DNA of 64,000 nt from Hormiphora californensis (lineage: Eukaryota > Animalia > Ctenophora): positions 2,790,001 through 2,854,000 of the forward strand of contig CM035359.1 in assembly GCA_020137815.1 (NCBI GenBank), read 5' to 3'. This document shows, piece after piece, positions 55,501 through 64,000 of the stretch. The position numbers and the translations under genes are program-made. The notes beneath the pieces are model-generated. The model was not told where the DNA came from. It made no database searches and saw only the letters and a program-made list of their open reading frames with translations. Numbering within the stretch: position 1 is the first letter of the stretch; every line of letters begins with the position of its first letter.

Positions 55501-58500
55501 GGCCACATTTTAATTTCTAAAATTCTGGTTTTTTTATTGAAGCATCTAGTTAATAAGACGAATATTTTCTGACATTTTTTTTCCAAAATGGAGGCCCAAC
55601 TAATGTGGAGCTGGGCTATTTTGACCAAATTTTTGGCTTTAAGCTGGCCCAACCGGGGTGTAACGTTCCGATAGAATCATGCGATTTTCACAAGAGTTAA
55701 CTCCATGCAATTTTTGATTTTTTAGACTTGAATTTTATACTCAAAACTGTCCAACCGATGTGGAGCTGGCTTTTGAAAAAGACGGTCTAAAATCTAAAGA
55801 TTTATTAATTAATGTATTTTTCAAAACTTGGTCAAAATACCACAATATAAAATATGTAGTATCATTTTGTGTCAATAATATCGGAGATGATGTATGTTTC
55901 CACCTTGTGGAGCATGCTAAATTGTTATTCGGCCCAACTGTGTGGAGCCAAGTGGTTTTAAACGATTAAAAACACTCCACACGGTTGGACATTGAGTTTT
56001 ATTCCCTGAATTCATCATAGGTTGCTCTTATAACCAATTATGTGCACTAATAAAATAATTAAAACCTGAAAATCGGCCCAACCAGTGTGGATCTAACACT
56101 AATTGAGCGCCATACATGCAGCACTCTGTATTGGAAATGAACTTTAATTGATTAAACTACGATACAAATCGAGATTTAATCAATTTTAGGTCATTTATTG
56201 GCTTGATAAACGATATCCCAACCATGTGGAGCCTCTTGATATATCTTTGCCCAACCATGAGGAGCTATCTATAGCCCTATAGGGCAAAATGGGTAGGATT
56301 ACTCTAAATAAACTTACGGGCCCCTCATAGGCTATTCTTCAGTGCTCCACACGGTTGGGCTGGATGTTTCGCATTGTTTACTAGTTCAAATTGTTTATTA
56401 CTTTACCCTTCGATGAAATAATGATAAAGTATTCGTAAAAATGCTTCAATATCATTATATTTAGTAATTTCGAACCTCCTTACTTAAAACTAAGGCTCCA
56501 CTCGGTTGGGCCATCCATTTTTGAATGGAAATCATTTTTATAGTTAGTAAATAGCAAGTACAACCGTTTTATATGATATTTGGTGACTATAAATTTGAAA
56601 CAATGGCAATAAAAATCAATTTTGTGATATTATTTTCCCTATTACTTACTTAAAAACTTGCTCCACACTGGTTGGGCTCGCAAAACTTAAAAACGCTACT
56701 AAGTTCAATAAGTTGAATGTTTTCGAATATATTCCCGTTGTAAGGTCGTAAAAATTTGCTTATTATTTTAGCTAAATATAGCTTCGAAAATCAGTCACTC
56801 TTTTCATGATTGCTCCACATAGGTTGGGCGTCAAAACCGGCCCAACCAGGGGTTTGTCGATTCCTTGATTGATTGCTAATGGATCTGGCTTAAAAAATAT
56901 GAAAAATATTTGATAATTATTTCTCTATGGAGATTTCATTAAAGCCTGGTTTCTCCTCGTCATAGGCTCCACATCGGTTGGACCATGAAGTATTTTATCG
57001 GTTGAAACTTTTAAGCATAGTATTTGGGTTATAATACCCAAATTTGGATGTCTCAATTGCTCCACATGTCGCTGGGCATTGGTTTTAGTAATGACAGTCA
57101 TAAAATTATGACTGAGGCACTCTGAAAAGTGTACAGACGTAATTTAAACTGACCATATGGGACTTTTAAATTGTGGTGTTTAGTGTGGAATAACGAAAAA
57201 TGACGACTTTAAAGTTTAACTTATTCGGAACTATTATGTAATTTAATTAAATTACCCGGTGGCCGGTGCACTGTAAAAATTTTAGATAAACTGGTCAAAA
57301 TGTCTAATAAAAATTAACTTAATTTTCAGATTTAAAAAAAAATTGATGTTCATTATCTCCCGGGCCTCTTTTATGGGGTGTTTCCCCAACACTCTCCATG
57401 ATGGGGGTACTTTGTTCAAGGTAGTTTATAGCTCCCCTGCTCTCAAATTTTCATTCGCACGGATTTTGGATCACCACAGAGGGAGAATTGTTGTTTGTTA
57501 TCAAAGGTGGTAGAGCAAAAAAATGTCCGAGGGGCTTTTTCATCTTTTCCTTCCCCGGGCACGGTTTTTTGGGTGGAGTTTTTGGTGAAATTAGTTGGAA
57601 AGAAGGTACTCGAGCGTCTGAAAATAATCAAAATGAACTTGCAGATATAAGAAAACAAACTCCTGAGATACGGTTGGTGCACTAAAAATTAAACCAGGGA
57701 AAATGGAGCTACTCAAATTTAAGTTTCACCTGTCAGACTCAGGCCAATGCTCTGACCACGGTTCTCGTGTGCTCTGGGCTTATTTGAAAGAAATAATGAT
57801 AGGGCCATGCCAATGCTCTGACAGAATTTTACCTTGTTGATGTTTTCAAGGAGTTCCAGTAACTTTCTCTGTGCTGCTTCCAAGTTGTTTTTATCCGTAT
57901 GGGACAAGGGAGTTTTCTCGTTTATGTGCTGTAGAAATACAGGCAACCTAAAACATGTGAGTTAGTAAAACTGAATATATTGGATTCAGAAAGTATTCTG
58001 TTGGTCATATTTTGTTTGGTTCTATGATTGTTTATGTTCCTATGATCATGTATCTACAGTACTAGACGTTTACCGTTGCAATCGTTGTATCGGTTTCTCA
58101 AATAATCGTTTCACGGACTCTAAATGGTTTATATCTGCCTCCCAGAGCAGTACACGGAATTCTTCGGATGATGCTTCTAACGCAAGCAGCACTTGAAGAC
58201 TTGTTTCCTGTTTCAGAAGATAATAAAAGTAGGAATTGGATGATTAAACAAAGATTTTCTGATTTATCAGAGAATCTTTGTTTAATCACCCAATTCCTAC
58301 TTTTATAAACTAAACAGGCGTCATTAACTGAATTGAGGTACGAGGTATTCGTTCTTTATAGCATCCAATTGCCCTTAAGTACCTGTTTTATGACGAAGGG
58401 AACGTAGCAAGCGAAATGTGGTATCACTCGTAGTAGGAGTCTGCCAACTTCAACTTTCTCTAAATGCTAAAAAGGGCGGATGTTAAGATGCAAGATAATA

Positions 58501-61500
58501 TTGCACTGTCTGCCAGTGCACGTGTGCTGCCTGAAGAAATCAAAAAGTATGCAAATAGGGATCTCTTTGAATTTGAGTTTAATTCTATAGCTTTCTGCCC
58601 GCAACAATGAAATATGTAAGTCAGTGCAGTCAGTGTATGATAGAAAATTTACACTCTCAGCACTCTCAGCTATTATACTGTTTGACACACACCTGAGAAG
58701 AAAGGAGGCTGGAGCAAGAGAGAATAAAACTGCAATTTAAAGCTCATCAACATTTAAATGAGTTTCGTATCAAGACTCCAATGATAGCAAAAAGTAAGAC
58801 ACATCTCAGAGCACACAGTGGTTTTTAGGTGGACATACGAAAAACAATTTTTTTTCTAAAAATGGTTCTATCCGATAGGGTATACCGGGGTAATTTGGAC
58901 GGTGGGGCAATGTGGTCACAGGACGGGGCAATGTGGACTAGTGATTTATATATAAATCCACACTAAACACCACAATTTAAAAGTCCCATATATATGGGAC
59001 TTTTAAATTGTGGTGTTTAGTGTGGAATAACGAAAAATGACGACTTTAAAGTTTAACTTTATTTCGGTAAACTTAATTATGATAATTATTTAAATTAAGG
59101 GTCAGAATTTCACAATATGATATTTTTCTATCCAGTTTCATCATCAAAATGACATTAGCTTTCGATTTAATTAGCTAATTAGCATTTTAATGAAGCGGGG
59201 CAATTCGGACAATTTGGGGCAATTCGGACGAAAAAATCGGGGGCAATTCGGTCATAAACCAGATTGCCCCATGGGGCAATTTGGACTAGACCAAATTGCC
59301 CCACGGGGCAAATTGGTTAAGACAAATTGGCCTCATGGCGCCATTATAATCGTTTCTATGGAAACCATAGACAACCTACTTTCATAATTATCCTATTCAA
59401 TCAATATAGATGGCTAAAAGTGAGTAAATAGACCAAAAAAATAGAAAAAAGGCGCATTTTACAACCAATTCTCTGGTTGCCAAGGTGATAAGTCAATCCA
59501 TGGTGTGGTATTCGACAAACCAAATTAATAGGGTGCTCCAGAATATCTAGGACTGGTACTTTGATGACCAAAAGTAGTGTTATATCATGATAATGATCCT
59601 TGTGCAGCTGATAAAACAAAAATAAAGGGATAAATTACAGGCTAACTTAGAGCAATAGGCATACATTTGATAACCAAAGCCACTGATTGGCTAGTCATGG
59701 CTGGTAACTGAAGGCATTCTGATCGTCTCATTGTGATTCACAATCATGTTTAAATCATCGATAGTCTAATAATACGGATGTAATGGGTGAATTTGGAGCA
59801 AGAAAATAGTACATTACTGCAAATTCGCCGGTTGCTATGGTAACAAACTCCGTTGCTATAGCAACCCCAAAGAATTGCATTGAGTGGGAATCAGCCACGA
59901 ACATGATTTATTAGACTGGATCCCCATAATAGAAATTTCTGGCCTTGTAAGCACCTAAAAACACAGACACCATTCCTTTGAAAACCGTAGCTTTATTTGT
60001 GGCTTTTTAATCTTTGATGTCGATTTTCTCAAAAACCCTATTCGGGATTAGATTAAATCTTTTTCAAATCGACTAGGCTAATCCTGAGCTTTCGAAAATG
60101 CACCCTATTGATATAGATTTGATGAACACTTAATTTTTTGGTTAATTAGGCTAATTACTACTTAATTAACTAATTTTGAAAAAAGGAATAGCAAGGGATA
60201 CTAAATTACTAGATGACTGAAAAGTTTGAAATCGATATCTCAAAAACTGTGGCTACAATCTAAGTTTGTCCGAATAGCCCCAACCTCGGTCTGATTTACA
60301 TCGCAGATTTACAGCTGGGGCAATGTGGTGTGTCGCGGTCACGTGACTGAATGCGCGCATTGTGATTGGTGTAGAAGCCACTAGTCCAAATTGCCCCGTG
60401 TCTCGCGATCAAAAATATTCCGACTTACCTTCATTAACAAGGTTAATTAGCTAATTAAAAGTTATGTTTTCGATTCAAATTTGTTCTGAGGCTCAAGATA
60501 AAGGTTCAGTTGCACAAATTGAGTAGCTAACTAATTGATTAAGTAAATTAATGGCTCTTGAAATACCAATTGAATGCCAAAACCGTCCAAATTACCCCGG
60601 TATACCCTAGATACTAGTCCATAGAGTTGTATGACATGCGACCCACCGATTGATTGCTTCAGAATCGATGCGTTATTTGAGTTTTTCGTCATTATAGAAG
60701 CACGTTAGTATAGGGATTAGATGCTCGAGCATCTAATCCCTTAGATACTAACGTGCTTCTATAATTGATTACACATCATTTGATGATCATATTGTGATGA
60801 TCATGTTCTGCACATACGCCTGTTACACGAATACACGAGTTCCTCTAAAATACGACACGTACATCATGCAGCACACTGATTGATCTCACTCACCTGGTCA
60901 CCCCGTTGTATTGCTGTCTTTATGGAGGTATTGAGAAGGGATATAACCCTGTTACTGGCGTAAATAATGTCCTGTAAAGATGTGCTGTAAAGGGGTGTGG
61001 GACACACACTTCTGGGATGGTTCCAGATATATTTCTGATGTTACCATGGTAACAACATCTTTTGTAGTTATCAAACTTCTTATGAAGTAATACTTGAATT
61101 AAATGAATATAGTTTGATTTCTCTTGAACAAATGATTACTGCAATCCCAGTAACTCCTATAATACCTTGAGTTCTCCAAAGGTCTTGGTATGCTCTGCAG
61201 GGGTTAGCAATAAAGATCCGTTAAGGGGAAGTTCTACCGACTCTCTGAGATTAACCAGATGGTGATTGTAAACTATTTCAGTTTGTAGAAGCTCCTCGAT
61301 CAGACTACAACGACCCCTTTGCCGGTCTAGACATCGGCCACACGGTCCGGGCCTCCCATCATCACTGAACAGGGAAGGGTGCATTTATAACCATGGGAAC
61401 CACCCAGTAACCAACCCTGTAGCCATGGTAACCACGGACTACTCACTACACGGTCCGGGTTGCCCATCTTCACTGAACAGGGAAGGGTGCAGACTTGAAG

Positions 61501-64000
61501 AAAAGTTAGACTGAAAACAGCCATGATCCAACTTAAGAAAGCGATGTTTTAAATTTAAAAAAGAACAGCCTTTCAATGTAAAAAGCACACCGTAAAGAAA
61601 AATGTACAAAAAACTGAAACGAATCTGAATGAAAGACTGAAAGAGACTCTGTAGGATAAGGGACACTGGAGTCTGGACAACCAGCAGAGTTAGGTGTTGA
61701 CAGTGTGTGCAGTAAAAATTTAACACGAAAAAAGGATGCAACAATTCGACTGTTCAAGAACATACTGTTCTCTATAGTTTCTCTATAGCTGTTCAAGAGA
61801 GCAGTTATAGAGAAAACATCTCCGGAATTTTACAAAATTAACACAATATGAACATATAGTATGCGTAAGACATTTCTTTTGTACTTTGGACAATGTAATA
61901 TAGACCTGAATTATGCCGGACATGGTCCATAAGAGTGCTGGAAAAACAACAACTGACCGAAACATTAAACATATTTTGTACTTGCTCACCACTTCTCTGC
62001 TACTCCGACCCTCACAGAGCGTCATTTTATTAAATAAAACGCAGTGTGACTCCAACTCTTCAATGACTTACTTCAAGAAACAGAGAGTTATATACTGTCC
62101 CTTCAATAACTTACTTGTTCCAAGGGACTCTGCATCCAAGACAAAGTTGAAGAGATGAAGTGTTGTGAGGTAATACAGCCACAGACCTGTGCCCTGTTCT
62201 GTTAGGAGAAATAGTACATTGTTACTACATACTATCTGGTGGTGCCAGAGACACCGTTTTGATTACAGAGTTCGCTCAGATCGGTGCCTCGAGACAGCCA
62301 CTTTATATTATTCAAGAAGTGCGCTTAAATCTTTCAAGTTGGCAAAACAGAAAATAAAAAGACACGCATTCATTGGAAAACAGTAAAAACAGATAAACAC
62401 CACACAAAATCATTTTCAACAAAAAGTATGTACACACTCAAATCCCAAAATCCAGACATCCAAATATAGCAGTTCAGCGATGCCCACGTCATATATTACC
62501 CAATAGTTGAGATGGAAGCAAAAGTACTTGATAGATGGTTAGCTCCTGCAAAAAAAGAGTGATAAATTGTACGAATATGTAGTAAGTTTTTGTTTCATGC
62601 ATCTCAGCAACAAAATGGGCAATCACTCACGTTTCCTACTACATCCTGCACATTGTCCCATAGGAATTGCTCCTTTATAAAGTATTTCAGTCAAAGGATT
62701 GCTCCTTCACAAAATCAAAGAGAATCAAAATGCAAATGAGTTCTAAATTGATCAATGTTCTGTTTGGCGAATACACCTGCGTGATCCAATGACCAGCATA
62801 TGACACAGGTATGTACAAGTGAGTGGGGAGAGAGAGAGAGAGAGAGAGAGAGAACACGTGCGTAAATCTATTTGGAGGAGAAGAAGATTAGGATGATTAT
62901 GAAAACCGATACCACGAGTTATTATAGCTATGACATAGACGGGTATAATAATATGTGATTCACAGGAAATGTAATGATTTAAAAAGACAAAACCAGATGG
63001 CTGACAGTAATGAAACGCTGGAACACTTGTCCGACAACTATTCTCAAATCGACAGAGTACGGTGTATGTACTGTTATGTGTGGTAATTACCACAGCGGGA
63101 GAGAAATAGTCAGTTAATTGACAAAGAATCATCACACGCATACACACACACAAATTGGGAGAGAAAAGAGTGCAAATGAGAGAGAGATGCCCGGGATGAG
63201 AAATCAAACATTGCCAATTATTATTACAGCCGTAATAATAGTGTGATGCAAATATTGTTGACAATCGAACTCAAACAAAAATACCAACCTAGCTTTTGAC
63301 AGATTGCCTCGAGGATGCCCGTTTTAGGTCCGGTTTAACGGCAGGAACTGTCATCTTTACTGAGTCCTTTACTGAGTCCTTCTTGGGACTTTTTGTTACT
63401 CCACTTGCGAGTGATACTGGAGTTCCTTTTGCTGGACTCTTTTCCGGACTTTTCCGCGGACTCCGTGGAATTCCAGAGGCTATCGACTTAGCCGGCGATG
63501 ATGTGGCCGGTTTGGGAATTGTCGTTTTTGTGGCAACTTTTCCCGGGCTAGGTTTAGGAATTCCTGGTTTAGGAATTCCGGAACTCGTTTTAGTAGCTGC
63601 CCCACTGACCACCGGTTTACTACTGGCAACAGTGTTGCCCTTTTTTGGGCTAACAGGAACTCCATTTGCTAAAGACCTGGGACTCTTGTCAGGGGATTTA
63701 GATAACTCCAGTTTATTTGGGCTCTTTTTTATTCCACTCGCGATTGAAGACCGTCCTTCTGAAGCACTCTTCGATGGTGACTTTTTCGGAGACAGATGTT
63801 GGGAAACTTGAACAGGGAAATCATCAGTGGATTTGTCCCTTTTGACTGCAGGTTTTATTTCTGGAACTGTCATCTTAGTGTTTGATTTGCTTGGGCTTCT
63901 TTTCAGTACCTTCACTACAGGTTTCTTGACGGTCGATTTGAGAACTGCCGGCTTCTTCAACTTGTCAGACAAAGTTTCTGAGGTCGTGGATGGTTTTGAG
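52593..64000 (-). CDS. Dbl-homology (DH) Rho guanine nucleotide exchange factor with a K/S/P-rich N-terminal region; 5' end beyond the window
   Basis: K/S/P-rich exon at 63289-64000. DH exons: about 61383-61166 (RCSLIEELLQTEIVYNHHL..FGELK), 60971-60894 (DIIYASNRVISLL), 58466-58383 = 54799-54716 (VGRLLLRVIPHFACYVPF), 58207-58074 = 54540-54407 (LFEKPIQRLQR), 57947-57833 = 54280-54166 (LPVFLQHINEKTPLSHTDKNNLEAA..LENIN). Low-complexity tail exons run from 54018 to the stop at 52593. Confidence 0.75.
53672..59097 (+). repeat. Direct duplication of a four-exon RhoGEF segment (copy A 53672-57260 including a 1.9-kb insertion; copy B 57342-59097)
   Basis: The copies are near-identical at an offset of 3667 bp over about 54150-55280. 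The sequence degrades on both sides of the junction at about 57220-57620. Confidence 0.9.
55284..57155. mobile_element. 1.87-kb non-autonomous DNA transposon with an internal 17-bp motif array, inserted into the left end of another element
   Basis: Terminal inverted repeat TGGTCAGTTTAAATTACGTCTGTACA / TGTACAGACGTAATTTAAACTGACCA, flanked by TA (or ATAT). It is absent from duplicate copy B. Confidence 0.85.
58878..60607. mobile_element. 1.73-kb non-autonomous DNA transposon, TA-flanked, in a RhoGEF intron
   Basis: Terminal inverted repeat GGGTATACCGGGGTAATTTGGACGGT / ACCGTCCAAATTACCCCGGTATACCC, with internal GGGGCAATNYGG repeats. The left end is also present at 55211. Confidence 0.85.

Noticed and set aside
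55430-57080. CRISPR array
   Set aside because: Eukaryotic context, no cas genes, repeats are degenerate and switch orientation, spacers are irregular and long, and everything lies within one terminal-repeat element.

Overview
Eukaryotic (animal) genomic DNA with compact, intron-rich genes and many small non-autonomous DNA transposons. The style is compatible with a ctenophore or similar early-branching animal, but this is an inference. Genes read directly from exon translations: (1) a MICAL F-actin monooxygenase (monooxygenase-CH-LIM-bMERB) on +, 5'-truncated, 126-22169; (2) a galactose-3-O-sulfotransferase-family gene nested antisense inside a MICAL intron, 8633-11219; (3) a Pit-1/POU1-like POU-homeobox gene on +, about 31513-37467; (4) an intronless LINE-ORF1-like ORF with no ORF2, 44321-45238; (5) the 3' exons of an unidentified + gene near 50.3-51.4 kb; (6) a Dbl-homology RhoGEF on -, 52593 to beyond 64000, with four exons present twice. 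The most notable signals are: tandemly duplicated 3' splice sites in several unrelated genes, where only the last acceptor is in frame; a branch-point minisatellite; a filled transposon site paired with an empty site carrying an inverted-flank footprint; and a transposon with a polarised, near-periodic 17-bp motif array. The assembly has a 100-N gap, noisy stretches and single-base indels, so some oddities are probably artefacts.
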